Shown in pieces: positions 20,306 through 30,602 of a stretch of 64,000 nucleotides of DNA. Position 1 is the first letter of the stretch. The number at the start of each line of letters is the position of its first letter. Under the pieces are notes generated by a model. That model ran no database searches, had not been told where the DNA came from, and was given only the letters and a program-made list of their open reading frames with translations. This DNA comes from Acidobacteriota bacterium. GTDB lineage: Bacteria > Acidobacteriota > Vicinamibacteria > JAXLQT01. A program made the translations under genes and the position numbers. Where the stretch lies: positions 150,969-214,968 of the forward strand of contig JAXLQT010000008.1 of the NCBI GenBank assembly GCA_046331505.1, written 5' to 3'.

Positions 20306-23032
20306 ATGGTGATGGTCGCCGGCCTGGCCGCCGGCGCCGCATGGGGGAAGACGGAAGGGTCGCTCTCGGGAGTCGTGAAGGACACGTTGGGGAGGGCCGT
20401 TCCGGGCGCGACGGTGAAGGTGGCCTCGGATCAGCTCCTCGGCGGTTCGCGGGCGACGACCGCCGACGCCGCGGGGAACTACCGGTTCGCCGCACTGCCG
20501 CCGGGCCGCTACAGCGTCACGGCGGAGCTCACCGGGTTCGACGCCTACCATGTCGATGGCGTCGAGATCGGGATCAACCAGCCGGTGAGCCTCGATCCGG
20601 TGCTCAAGGCGCCCGAGATCGAGTACGTGGTCACCGTGCGCGAGGAGATCGTCGCGCCCGAGAAGGTGGGGATCTCGACGGTGCTGAACCCGGCGCTCGT
20701 GGAGAACATCCCGGTCCTCGGCCGCTCGTACCAGAACCTGCTGCTCATAGCTCCGGGAGTCCTCAATCACGACGGCCTGGGCTCGACGTTCGGAAGCGGC
20801 AATCCCAACAGCCACGGGGCGCGCGCCGACGCGAACCAGTATCTCTTCGACGGCGCGAACACCGGCGACACCGCCTACGCGACGTTCGGCCAGAACTTCA
20901 ACCAGGATGCCGTGAGCCAGATCGAGGTCATCACGGCGGGCTACAAGGCCGAGTACGGCCGGTCTGACGGCGCGATCGCCAACGTCCTCACCAAGCAGGG
21001 CGGGAACGACTTCGAGGGAAGCATCCGCGTCGACCTGCGCGACAGCTCCCTCGACAAGCACGGGTCCGGCAAGGACGCGGTCCAGAACAAGGACTTCTAC
21101 CGGCGCTACTACTCGGCGACGCTAGGCGGACCCTTCGTCAAGGACCGCTTCTGGTTCTTCGCGTCGGCCTACTACCAGGACCGGAACGACGTCCTGCTCT
21201 ACGACGGTGGGGCCTACCCGTCGCAGGACGCGCCGGCCGAGTTCCTCGACTACTTCGCGAAGCTCACCTACCAGCTCACCGACGACCAGCAGCTCCTGTT
21301 CTCCTTCCACCACGACCCGGCAACGATCCACAACGCCTACCCCGACGGCAACTACCCTCCGTCGTTCCGGAACCAGCAGGAGCAAGGTGGGTTCGTCTAC
21401 GTCCTCAAGGAGACCGCGGTCCTCTCGCCGACGGCATTCCTCGAGTCGCTCCTGAACGTCATGGACGGAAACGAGCTCCACGTGGGGCCCGACGCCGGCG
21501 CCCCGGGTACGGGTGATCCCTTCAATGGGTACGACCGGAGCACGAACACCTACTACGGCCACTCCGTGGACCGGACCGACACCAACCGGGATCGCACCGA
21601 GCTGCGCGAGGACCTCTCGGTGTACGTCGAGGGGGCGGGGGGCGCGCACGACATGAAGCTCGGCGTGAGCTACGACCTCGAGCAGACCTTCCTCGACAAG
21701 GCTCAGGACGGCGACTTCTACACGCTCGAGAACGGCGTCTTCACCTCGAAGACGTTCCCGTCGACGGATCCGAAGTTCGTCCAGGACGCGAGCACCCACA
21801 CGCGCGTCGCGAGCGCGTACGCGCAGGACACCTGGACGCCAGCGAAGGGCGTGGTGCTGAACCTGGGCCTCCGGCTCGACTGGCAGCAGATCGAGTTCAA
21901 CGGTCTGACGGGATACCCCGACATCCTCCTCGATCCCTCGCTGACCTTCGACGACGTTCACCACACCGTCGACACGGTGGCCGACTACGGGATCGCGCCG
22001 CGCCTCGGCTTCTCGTGGAGCCCGGAGAGGGACCGGCGCGGCGTGCTGCGGGGGAGCGCGTCGCGCTTCTACTCGACGATCCCCGGCTTCGCCGGGAACT
22101 GGGACCGGAACACGATCTCAGAGGGGCAGGAGTGCACCACCGACGCTCTCGGCAACTGCATCTCGACCGAGACGCCGGCTCCGTCCGCCTACCTCTTCAT
22201 GGACCGCGGCATCGAGATGCCCTACACCGACGAGCTGACGATCGGCTACGAGCGCGAGGTCGTACCCGAGCTTGCGGTCGGCATCACGGGGATCTACCGC
22301 AAGGGCCACGGCATCCTCCAGGACGTCGATCGGGGCTCCTCCTTCGTCGACGGGGACGGCGACGGGATCGCGGAGACGCGCGTCCGGCGCAATCCGAACT
22401 TCACGAAACCGGTGTTCGTCCTGGGCAACAACGACAGCTCGCGCTATCGCGGCGTCGAGCTGACCGTGCGCAAGCGCCTCCAGGACAACTGGCAGCTCCT
22501 CGGCAGCTACACCTACTCCATCGCCGAGGGCGACGGCGAGTGGGCGGGGACAGCGGAGGGCGACGACCCGCGCCAGAAGGACGCCGAGTTCTCCTACCTG
22601 TCGTACGACCAGCGCCACGTGGTGAAGGTCGACGGCACGTACTTCCTGCCACTGGACTTCATCGTGTCGGCGTCGGCGCGCTACGCAACGGGCACGCCCT
22701 ACTCGGTCACCGGCAAGGCGTTCGACGACCTGAACGGCAACGGGGTTCCCGATCCCGGCGAGGTGCCGACCGGCGCACCCGGCGTCTTCGTGGGCAAGCG
22801 CAACGGGCAGCGCAACGACAGCTACTTCGATCTGAACCTGCGTGGCGAGAAGGACTTCGTCTGGAAGGGCGTGACCGTCGGCCTGTTCGGCGACGCCTTC
22901 AACGTCCTCAACAACCAGGCCGTCGTCGACACGACGGCGCTCCAGGCGGTGGATGGCCTGGGCACCATCAACAAGACAGAGACCAAGCGCTTCGGCCGCC
23001 GCTTCCAGCTCGGCATGCGACTCAGCTTCTGA
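20306..23032 (+). CDS. TonB-dependent outer-membrane receptor with N-terminal carboxypeptidase-regulatory-like domain
   Basis: ATG 20306 with a GGAAAGGAAG RBS. Short signal peptide. Carboxypeptidase-regulatory-like domain (GVVKDTLGRAVPGATVKV...GNYRF). Plug/barrel region, TonB-box-like region and the terminal aromatic ...GMRLSF. 909 codons with no frameshift. Confidence 0.8.
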   Translation: MVMVAGLAAGAAWGKTEGSLSGVVKDTLGRAVPGATVKVASDQLLGGSRATTADAAGNYRFAALPPGRYSVTAELTGFDAYHVDGVEIGINQPVSLDPVLKAPEIEYVVTVREEIVAPEKVGISTVLNPALVENIPVLGRSYQNLLLIAPGVLNHDGLGSTFGSGNPNSHGARADANQYLFDGANTGDTAYATFGQNFNQDAVSQIEVITAGYKAEYGRSDGAIANVLTKQGGNDFEGSIRVDLRDSSLDKHGSGKDAVQNKDFYRRYYSATLGGPFVKDRFWFFASAYYQDRNDVLLYDGGAYPSQDAPAEFLDYFAKLTYQLTDDQQLLFSFHHDPATIHNAYPDGNYPPSFRNQQEQGGFVYVLKETAVLSPTAFLESLLNVMDGNELHVGPDAGAPGTGDPFNGYDRSTNTYYGHSVDRTDTNRDRTELREDLSVYVEGAGGAHDMKLGVSYDLEQTFLDKAQDGDFYTLENGVFTSKTFPSTDPKFVQDASTHTRVASAYAQDTWTPAKGVVLNLGLRLDWQQIEFNGLTGYPDILLDPSLTFDDVHHTVDTVADYGIAPRLGFSWSPERDRRGVLRGSASRFYSTIPGFAGNWDRNTISEGQECTTDALGNCISTETPAPSAYLFMDRGIEMPYTDELTIGYEREVVPELAVGITGIYRKGHGILQDVDRGSSFVDGDGDGIAETRVRRNPNFTKPVFVLGNNDSSRYRGVELTVRKRLQDNWQLLGSYTYSIAEGDGEWAGTAEGDDPRQKDAEFSYLSYDQRHVVKVDGTYFLPLDFIVSASARYATGTPYSVTGKAFDDLNGNGVPDPGEVPTGAPGVFVGKRNGQRNDSYFDLNLRGEKDFVWKGVTVGLFGDAFNVLNNQAVVDTTALQAVDGLGTINKTETKRFGRRFQLGMRLSF

Positions 23033-23170
23033 CCGCGTCCAGTGCTCTCGCTTCCCGTGCGGACGGTCGTGGACGGACGCACGGGGAGCGGGGGCCGATT
23101 CTCTCGTGCGCCTCCGGGTGGCTCGCCGGGGAGGCCGATGGCACTATGCTCGCGTGGGCATCGAGCCACG

Positions 23171-24551
23171 ATGACGTCCCGGACGCGGCGCCTCTTCCCG
23201 GTCTTCCTCGCGCTCTCGCCCCTGGCCCTGATGGCGATGCTCGAGATCGGCGCGCGCTGCGTGGTCCCGGAGTCGAGCGCGGCATCGCTGCAGCACGTTC
23301 ACGCGCTCGCGCACGAGGCCCTCTATGACGGCGGGAGCATCATGATGCGGCCGCACGCGCGCGTCGACATGCGCGCGTTCCAGGGGGGCTGTCACGGGGA
23401 GGTGACGACGAACGCGCTCGGGATGCGCGGCCCGGAGGTGGCGGCCGAGAAGCGAGGGCTGCGCGTGGCGTGCCTCGGCGACTCCGTGACGTTCGGCTGG
23501 TGCGTGGACGAGAGCGAGAGCTACCCGCGCCGTCTCGAGGCCTTGCTCTCGCGCAAGCTCGGAGGCCCGGTGGAGGCGCTCAACTTCGGCTTCCCGGGAA
23601 TGACGAGCAACAAGGGAGTCCAGGTGAGTCAGGTGCTCGCGCCCCGCTCGCGCCCGACGTGGTGGTGATCGGCTATGGCTTCAACGACTCGATGTGGTTT
23701 CGCGAGGGCAAGCGCACCGCGCCCGTCGTCGCCGGGCGAGACGGGTGCTCTCGGGAGCGCGCTCTTCCGCGGCCTCTCAGGGCTCCTCGCGCCCATGGTC
23801 GCGCGCGCCCCTCGCGCTCGCGGTGGTCGCCGCTCCCAAGCGGGGAGCTTCGCTACAACGTCTTCACCATGGTGGTGCGGACGCGCGATCGGCGCGCTCC
23901 CCGTGCTCTGCGATCTCGACCTTCCGAACTGGTACGCGAGCGACGTGCTCGAGGTCGTGGCGGCGAACCAGAGGATCCCGCTGATCCACCTGCGCGACGT
24001 CCTAGGTCCGCGGGCCGTGCATCCGCCGGTGCCGTCCGGTCTCGCCGGGGCGGGAACCCAGCCGGCGCCGGAGCGCGCGCTTCTCGTGCGCGCCCTGTCG
24101 GGGGATGGCCGTCCTCCGTCCCTGGTGGGAGAGCTCCCGGAGCTCGGAGCACTCGTCCCCGGCAAGCTGCTGCTCCATGACGACGGCGAGGACGGGGACG
24201 AGATCGCCGCCGATGGCGTCTTCAGCATCCGCGTTCCGCTTTCCGCGACGACAGCGCCCGCCACGGTCGACTTCACGCTGGTGGGGAACGGCCCGCAAGG
24301 GGTCTGGGGCGACGCGGATCTTCCCGGGTTCCCCGCGCCGCCGACGTGGTCCGTCTTCCATCGCGTGGTTGCGGGCGAAGGGCTCACGATCGCGCCCGTC
24401 GAGCAGGTCGACGCAAACCCCTTTGCATCGGTCTGTGTCCCCGGGGACGTCGTGCACCCGACCGCAGGAAGGTCTCGACATGCTGGCCCACGCCCTGGCG
24501 GAAGCGATCGCCGATGCCTTGATCTCGCCCGATTGCGGGCCCCCGCGCTAG
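23171..24551 (+). pseudogene. SGNH/GDSL-family hydrolase with C-terminal extension; at least 3 frameshifts
   Basis: Signal peptide from ATG 23171. Block I ACLGDSVTFGW. Block III DVVVIGYGFNDS is only in frame +1 (shift near 23640). The frame returns near 23730. The C-terminus ...EGLDMLAHALAEAIADALISPDCGPPR* is in a third frame (shift near 24470). Confidence 0.45.
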
Positions 24552-24589
24552 CCGGAGGCTCGTCCCCCCGCCGCGGCTATCATGGCGCC

Positions 24590-24927
24590 ATGAACTGCAT
24601 CGCCTCGCAGGCGGCGCGCATCGCGATCCACGGTCTGGTGGGCGAGCGCCTGCGCGCGGATCCGGCGCTGATCGCGATGGCGCGGCAGCGGATCGAGGAC
24701 TGGCAAGAGAAGGGATCGATCCACCCTGCCTATGCCCTGGAGTGGCTTCGCGTTCTCGCGCTTCCGATCGACCTGCTGTGCGCGTTCCTCGTGGATCCTG
24801 GCGAGCATGCTCGCGCGGTGCGGCAGTCGACGCCCTTTGCGGGCGTCATCGATCCCGGACGCGCTGGCGGGTGTGGGACGACGTTCGCCGGCGATTCGAG
24901 GCCGAGGGCGCGGAGCCGCGGGCATGA
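24590..24927 (+). pseudogene. small hypothetical protein upstream of the DUF6036-like gene; one frameshift
   Basis: ATG 24590 (MNCIASQAARIAIHG...IEDWQEKGS...). The 3' part ...RWRVWDDVRRRFEAEGAEPRA* is in another frame (shift near 24855). Its stop TGA 24925-27 overlaps the next ATG (ATGA). Confidence 0.4.
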
Positions 24928-25442
24928 ACCGCCAGCAGCTCGAGCACGTGATCCGCGCGAGCGCGAACATCGCCGAGGACGACGACATCGTCGTCGTCGG
25001 GAGCCAGTCGATCCTCGGCCAGTTCCCCGATGCCCCCGCCGAGCTTCTGGAGTCGATGGCGGCCGACGTCTATCCGAGGAACAAGCCGGAGGCCTGGGAG
25101 CTGATCGACGGTTCGATCGGCGAGCTCTCGCCGTTCCATCGCGCCTTCGGCTACTACGCTCACGGCGTCGGAGAGGAGACCTCGACCCTGCCGGCGGGCT
25201 GGAAGGAGCGGCTCGTCCCGATCAGAAACGAGAACACCCGCGGCGCGACGGGGTGGTGTCTCGAGGTCCACGACTTGCTGATTGCGAAGGCCGTTGCTGG
25301 GCGCGAGAAGGACCTGTCGTTCATCTCGGCCGCGCTGTCGCAACGCCTCGCGGATCGGGCGACCCTCGGGCGCCGCCTCGCGGAGACGTTGCTGGCGAGC
25401 GAGCTTCGCGCGATCGTCGAGGCGCGGATCGCACGCGCGTGA
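24924..25442 (+). CDS. nucleotidyltransferase-fold protein (DUF6036-like, toxin-antitoxin/defence-associated family)
   Basis: MNRQQLEHVIRASANIAEDDDIVVVGSQSILGQFPDAP... is the characteristic N-terminus of DUF6036-type predicted NTases. 172 aa, intact. Confidence 0.5.
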   Translation: MNRQQLEHVIRASANIAEDDDIVVVGSQSILGQFPDAPAELLESMAADVYPRNKPEAWELIDGSIGELSPFHRAFGYYAHGVGEETSTLPAGWKERLVPIRNENTRGATGWCLEVHDLLIAKAVAGREKDLSFISAALSQRLADRATLGRRLAETLLASELRAIVEARIARA

Positions 25443-25469
25443 TCGAGACGGGTCCTTCGCTCAAGGCGG

Positions 25470-25916
25470 TCATCCCCAGTAGATGGCGTTGCGCCACTGG
25501 AGGTTCGCGTTCTTGAGCCGCTCCGTGAGCACGAGGCAGAGGTTGCGCATCACGACGTAGCCCGTCTCGGGAGCGCTCTCGAGGTGCTCGTAGAAAGCCT
25601 TGCCCGGAATCGCGATCACCTCGACGTCCGTGGCGGCGAGGCAGGACGCCGAGCGGCGCGAGCAGTCCATGGCGGCGAATTCGCCGAACGAGTCGCCGGG
25701 CGCGTGCGTCGCCAGGCGCTGCTCGTCGCTCATGAGCTTCATCAGCACGTCGACCCGCCCCTTCGTGAGGATGTGAAGCTCCTCGCCGAGCGAGTCCTCG
25801 GAGAAGATGCGATCGCCCTTCCGGTACTTGCGCGCCGAGCCCAGGGCGAGGATGGCGTCGACCTGCGCCTGGGTGAGGCCTCGGAAGATGGATGACTTGG
25901 TGAGGTCTGTTGCCAC
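25470..25916 (-). CDS. cyclic-nucleotide-binding domain protein (single cNMP domain, 148 aa)
   Basis: GTG start. Motifs GDRIFSEDSLGEELHIL and PGDSFGEFA (the GE..A phosphate-binding cassette) and RSASCLAATD. Confidence 0.8.
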   Translation of the reverse strand: MATDLTKSSIFRGLTQAQVDAILALGSARKYRKGDRIFSEDSLGEELHILTKGRVDVLMKLMSDEQRLATHAPGDSFGEFAAMDCSRRSASCLAATDVEVIAIPGKAFYEHLESAPETGYVVMRNLCLVLTERLKNANLQWRNAIYWG

Positions 25917-26044
25917 GGGGTCCCGACGCTATCGCATCCCGACCTGGAACGCGGCAGCGGGCCGGCGGCACTTGCGTCCCGCGACGGTCAGGTTCTTCGC
26001 GACGATCCCCACGATCGCGATGATAGACGAGTCGGGCCTCGGGG

Positions 26045-27667
26045 TCAGCGGTCGTCCCGCAGTCCCTTCGCGAGCGGCCACGCGAACGCGAGCGGCTGGC
26101 CGAGCGACTGGAACGAGTGCTTGCGGAAGCGAGCGTCGTCTCTCGTGGGGAAGTCGGAGCGGTAGTGGCCCCCGCGGCTCTCCTTGCGCGCGATGGCGGC
26201 GTCGACGACCAGGCGCGCGAGATCGAGCATGTCGAGCGCCTCGACCGACGTGCGCGCGAGCGTCCGCGGGCGGAAGCGATCGCGCAGGCTCGCGATCTCG
26301 TCACGCGCCAGGCCGAGGCCCGCTGCGTCGCGCACGATGCCGGCGTGGTCCCACAGGACCTCGCGCAGCCGGCGCCGTACGGCGGGCGTCTTCAACGTGG
26401 CCCGGGGAGGCGCGTCGCCGCCGCCGAAGGGGAGCGGCGGGAGCGGCAACGCTCGCGGCGCCGGTCCCGACTCGTGCCGCGCCACCCGCCCGGCGCGGGC
26501 TCCGAAGACGAGCCCCTCGAGAAGGGAGTTGCTCGCGAGGCGGTTGGCGCCGTGGACTCCCGTGCAGGCGACCTCGCCGGCGGCGTAGAGGCCGGCGACG
26601 GACGTGCGGCCGTCGGTGTCGGTGGCGACGCCCCCCATGAAGTAGTGGGCGGCGGGGTGGACCGGGATCGGATCGCGCGTCACGTCGACGCCGAAGGCCA
26701 GGCACGTGCGGGTGATCTGCGGGAAGCGCTTCCGTACGAAGTCGGCTCCGAGGTGGCGGAGGTCGAGGTAGACGTGCTCCGTTCCGGTGCGCTCGAGCTC
26801 GGCGACGATGGCGCGGCTCACGACGTCGCGCGGCGCGAGCTCCTTCGCGGGATGGTAGCGGTGCATGAAGCGGCGCATCGAGGCGTTCAGGAGATAGCCG
26901 CCCTCGCCCCGGCAGGCCTCCGAGAGGAGGAACCGTGGCACGCCCGGGCGGAACAGCGACGTGGGATGGAACTGCACGAGCTCGAGGTCCGCCATCACCG
27001 CGCCGGCGCGCGCGGCGATCGCCATGCCGTCGCCCGTGGCGACGGGCGGGTTGGTCGTCTCGCGGTAGAGGCACCCGGCTCCGCCCGTGGCCAGGACGAT
27101 CGCGCGCGCGGCGAGCGTCGCCAGGCGGCCACGTCGCTCGTCGAGGTACACGACCCCGACGACGCGATCGCTCTGGGCGATGAGGTCGACGGTGTAGGCG
27201 AACGGGTAGAAGTGGACGCGTCCCGTCGCCCGCGCCTTCTGCAACAGCGCCCGCACGATCTCCTTGCCCGTCGAATCGCCGCCCGCGTGCAGGATGCGGC
27301 GGCGGCTGTGCGCCGCCTCGCGCGTGAACGAAAGCTGGATGCCCTCGCGATCGAACGCGGCTCCCCAGCGGATGAGCTGCCGGATGTGGAAAGGCCCCTC
27401 CGAGACCAGCGTCCGCACGGCGCGCGGATCGCACAGGCCGTCGCCCGCCTTGAGCGTGTCGTCGTAGTGGATGCGGACCTGGTCCTCCTCGGAGAGCGCG
27501 ACGGCGATCCCTCCCTGGGCGTGCTCGGTGTTGCTCATCTCCGGGCGGTCCTTGGTCAGGAGCCACACGCTTCCGGCGCGCGAGAGCGCGATGGCGGCGC
27601 GCAGGCCGGCGATGCCGCTTCCGATCACCACGAAGTCCGTGCGCGAGGGGCAGGCGACCGCCGGCAC
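26045..27667 (-). CDS. nadB: L-aspartate oxidase
   Basis: FAD motif DFVVIGSGIAGL. Conserved ...HYFMGGV... and RESRGGHYRSDFP. 540 aa, intact. Confidence 0.9.
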   Translation of the reverse strand: MPAVACPSRTDFVVIGSGIAGLRAAIALSRAGSVWLLTKDRPEMSNTEHAQGGIAVALSEEDQVRIHYDDTLKAGDGLCDPRAVRTLVSEGPFHIRQLIRWGAAFDREGIQLSFTREAAHSRRRILHAGGDSTGKEIVRALLQKARATGRVHFYPFAYTVDLIAQSDRVVGVVYLDERRGRLATLAARAIVLATGGAGCLYRETTNPPVATGDGMAIAARAGAVMADLELVQFHPTSLFRPGVPRFLLSEACRGEGGYLLNASMRRFMHRYHPAKELAPRDVVSRAIVAELERTGTEHVYLDLRHLGADFVRKRFPQITRTCLAFGVDVTRDPIPVHPAAHYFMGGVATDTDGRTSVAGLYAAGEVACTGVHGANRLASNSLLEGLVFGARAGRVARHESGPAPRALPLPPLPFGGGDAPPRATLKTPAVRRRLREVLWDHAGIVRDAAGLGLARDEIASLRDRFRPRTLARTSVEALDMLDLARLVVDAAIARKESRGGHYRSDFPTRDDARFRKHSFQSLGQPLAFAWPLAKGLRDDR

Positions 27668-27688
27668 GGCTCTGGAGCTAGACGCGCC

Positions 27689-28042
27689 TCACCGGACGGC
27701 GTGTCCCTTGAAGCTCCCCAGCGCGGCGCCCTCGTTGTCGAAGATCTCGAAGATGGGAAGGAGCTTGGCGATCTGCAGCGTGCTGTAGACCTTGTTCGAG
27801 AGGTTCTCGATCTTGAGGTGGCCGCCGAGGTTCCTGAGCGCCTTGAAGCTCTGGACGAGCTCCGAGACCCCCGAGCTGTCGATGTAGGTCACGCCCGAGA
27901 AGTTGAGGAGCACGTCGTGCCGTCCCTCAACGATGAGCTTGTCGATCGACTGCCGGAGCTCGCGATCGCCCAGACCCATCGTGATCTTACCCTCGAGATC
28001 CAGGATGACGACCGAGTCATGGCTGCGGGCCGAGATCTTCAT
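27689..28042 (-). CDS. STAS-domain anti-sigma-factor antagonist (SpoIIAA-like)
   Basis: ATG 28042. MKISARSHDSVVILDLEGKITMG...GVTYIDSSGVSELV (the conserved Ser of STAS). In the track it is fused in-frame to the upstream GT2 ORF (27689..28831), but it has its own start. Confidence 0.8.
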   Translation of the reverse strand: MKISARSHDSVVILDLEGKITMGLGDRELRQSIDKLIVEGRHDVLLNFSGVTYIDSSGVSELVQSFKALRNLGGHLKIENLSNKVYSTLQIAKLLPIFEIFDNEGAALGSFKGHAVR

Positions 28043-28059
28043 GATGGTGCGCGTCTCTC

Positions 28060-28765
28060 GACGTTCTCGGGGTCCAGGATGGCCGCGGTTCCGGCCTTTC
28101 CCGTCGCGCGGAGTCTGGCACGAATCCGGGCGCGTCCCGGACGTTGCAGGCGCTCGTACGCCAGGTCCCGTGGCGGTTCCAGCGCCTCGCCGACGTCGGA
28201 AGCGGCAAGATCGCGATCTTCCCGGCGCGGCGCGCGCCAGCACGAGATCGAGATCCTCGCAGCGGGCGATGGGCGGAAAGCCCCCCAGCCGGTCGAAGGC
28301 GGCGCGGGTCATGAAGAGCCCCTGATCGCCATACGGCAGAGAGAGGAGCCGCGCGCGGAGGGTGGCACCGCCGCCCACCAATCCGAGCGAGAGTCGCGTC
28401 CACCACGGCGCGTGGGTCGCATCGATCGCGAGCGCGAAGGCACCGAGCACCACGCGTTCCCGGGCGAGGGCGGCCGCGATCGCGTCGGAGGCGCCCGCGG
28501 GCAGCCGCGAATCGGCGTGCAGGAACAGGAGCAGCGGCGCACCCGCTTCCGCCGCGCCGGCGTTGAGCTGGACGCCGCGGCAGCGCGTGGTCACGACCAC
28601 CTTCGCGCCCAGGGATCGCGCGACGCTTGCGGTGCCGTCGGGAGAGTCGCCGTCGGCCACGATCACCTCGTCGATGCCCTCGCGGCGGAGGTCCTCGACG
28701 AGCCGCGGGAGGCTCGACCGTTCCTCGTAGGTGGGGACGATGGCAGCGATACGCGCCGCGCTCAT
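28060..28765 (-). pseudogene. family 2 glycosyltransferase (TIGR04283-like); one frameshift
   Basis: ATG 28765, in ATGA overlap with the arcC stop. IAAIVPTYEE...ADGDSPDGT (DxD-like). The C-terminal family signature ...LPTSARRWNRHGTWRTS is only in the alternate frame (ORF 28017..28406). Confidence 0.6.
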
Positions 28766-29709
28766 GCGACGATGCGCGTGCCGCGCTTCCCTTCGAGGAT
28801 CGGCTCCGCTTCCTCGCCGAGGCCGATGCATGCCATGCGCCCTCCCGTCTCGAGGAACTCCACGCCCGCGCGGATCTTGGGCGCCATCGAGCCCGCGGGG
28901 AACGTCCCCTGGGCCAGGAAGTCCTTGGCCTCGGCGACCGTGATCTCGTCGATGCCGCGCTGCCCGGGCTTTCCGAAGTCGAGGTACACCCGATCGACGG
29001 CGGTGAGCATCAGGAGGACGTCCGCGCCGATGTCGCGTGCGAGCACCATCGATGCGAGATCCTTGTCGATCACGGCGTCCACGCCCTCGAGCGTGCTGTC
29101 GGGCTCCATCATGACCGGGATGCCTCCGCCACCCGCCGCGATCACGATGCAGCCCGATGCGAGCAGGAGCCGGATCGCGTCCTTCTCGACGATCTCGAGG
29201 GGGTAGGGTGACGGGACGACGCGCCGGTAGCCCCGGCCGGAGTCCTCGACCACGGGATAGCCGCGCGCTCTCAGCTCGCCGGCCTGCTCGGCGGTGTAGA
29301 AGGGACCGACAGGCTTCTCGGGGTTACGCAGGCTCGGATCGCTGGGATCGATCACCACCTGCGTGAGGAGCGTGATCACCGGTCTCTGGATGCCTGCGCG
29401 CCGCAGCTTGTTGAGGAGCGACTGCTCTACCATGTAGCCGATGCCGCCCTCGCTGTCCGCGACCAGGACGCCGAGCGGGATGTCGGGAACGAGGCCCTTG
29501 CCGAGCTCGTTTCGGATCAGGCTGTTGCCGATCTGGGGACCGTTGCCGTGGGTCAGCACGATCTGGTAGCCGCGCTTCACCAGCTCGACCACGCCCGTGA
29601 GGATCGCGCGGGTGTTCGCGAACTGCTCGGCGATCGTGCCCTTCTGGCCGGGGCGCACGAAGGCGTTCCCTCCCAGGGCGATGACGGCGGTGACCGGGCG
29701 TGATGGCAT
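28762..29709 (-). CDS. arcC: carbamate kinase
   Basis: ATG 29709 (MPSRPVTAVIALGGNAF). THGNGPQIGN. ...IAAGGGGIPV. 315 aa. The track ORF extends spuriously to 29853. Confidence 0.85.
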   Translation of the reverse strand: MPSRPVTAVIALGGNAFVRPGQKGTIAEQFANTRAILTGVVELVKRGYQIVLTHGNGPQIGNSLIRNELGKGLVPDIPLGVLVADSEGGIGYMVEQSLLNKLRRAGIQRPVITLLTQVVIDPSDPSLRNPEKPVGPFYTAEQAGELRARGYPVVEDSGRGYRRVVPSPYPLEIVEKDAIRLLLASGCIVIAAGGGGIPVMMEPDSTLEGVDAVIDKDLASMVLARDIGADVLLMLTAVDRVYLDFGKPGQRGIDEITVAEAKDFLAQGTFPAGSMAPKIRAGVEFLETGGRMACIGLGEEAEPILEGKRGTRIVA

Positions 29710-29782
29710 GCTCTCGAACGCGAGGTGGGGTTCGCCCCGCGAGCTCCTTTGAGAGCAAGCCAAACTATCAGAAGATCCCCCC

Positions 29783-30598
29783 ATGGCTCTTGGTCTGGTC
29801 CTCGCAGCGGCGGGGGTCAACCTCCTGGTCCAGCGCGTCGATCCGCACGGCACCGGCGCCTACCAACTCGGCAAGGAGGGCGCGCCGCTGTCCCTGAAGC
29901 TCGTCGAGCAGAAGAAGATCGACAACATCGGGAACCCGCAGTTCCGCTACAAGTTCGGGCTCCCGGCGGCGCAGGACAGGCGCGTTGGTGCGCCCCACGC
30001 TCCGCGGTATCCAGACCTCGGCGAGCCGGTGTTCCTGCGCGGGGACGGGCGCGGCGTGACCGTGGTCTATGACAAGGAAAGCCAGGTCCCGGCGATCGAT
30101 CTGTACGACACGCACCACGCCTACAAGGTGATCTACCAGGTCGTGCGCTCCATCGACGGCAAGGAGCCGCCGAAGGACCGGCCCGAGTGGGTGGTCGACG
30201 TCGAGGGACTGTTTCCCGGCGTGCTGGAGATGCTCGATTTCGAGTACCAGGACGGCCGTCTCTACCTCTCCATCGGCATCAACGGCTACGCGAAGATCCT
30301 GAAGGGCGAGACGGCTTACGTCGCTTGCATCGACCCCGCCACGGCGAAGCTCGTCTGGCGGACGGGACCCCTGGTCAGCAACGGTCCGATGCTTCCGCTC
30401 GGGAAGCACATCATCACGGGGTACGGGTTCACGGCCGAGAAGGACGCCCTGTACGTGCTCGACGCGGGCAATGGCGCGACGGTACAGAAGATCGACGTCC
30501 CGAGCGCGATGTCCGACCTCGCGGAGAAGGACGGCAAGCTTCTCGTGGAAACCTACGGGCAGTTTCTTACGTACGAGATCAAAGGCCTGACGAGGTAA
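29783..30598 (+). CDS. hypothetical exported protein (271 aa)
   Basis: Divergent from arcC. Hydrophobic N-terminus MALGLVLAAAGVNLL. Good coding composition. No family recognised. Confidence 0.55.
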   Translation: MALGLVLAAAGVNLLVQRVDPHGTGAYQLGKEGAPLSLKLVEQKKIDNIGNPQFRYKFGLPAAQDRRVGAPHAPRYPDLGEPVFLRGDGRGVTVVYDKESQVPAIDLYDTHHAYKVIYQVVRSIDGKEPPKDRPEWVVDVEGLFPGVLEMLDFEYQDGRLYLSIGINGYAKILKGETAYVACIDPATAKLVWRTGPLVSNGPMLPLGKHIITGYGFTAEKDALYVLDAGNGATVQKIDVPSAMSDLAEKDGKLLVETYGQFLTYEIKGLTR

Positions 30599-30602
30599 CA
30601 GC

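Noticed and set aside
27689-28831. 380-aa ORF suggesting a GT2-STAS fusion protein
   Set aside because: The STAS domain has its own ATG (28042) preceded by a stop in the correct GT2 frame once the GT2 frameshift is taken into account. The GT2 C-terminal family motif lies in the alternate frame, so the fusion is an artefact.
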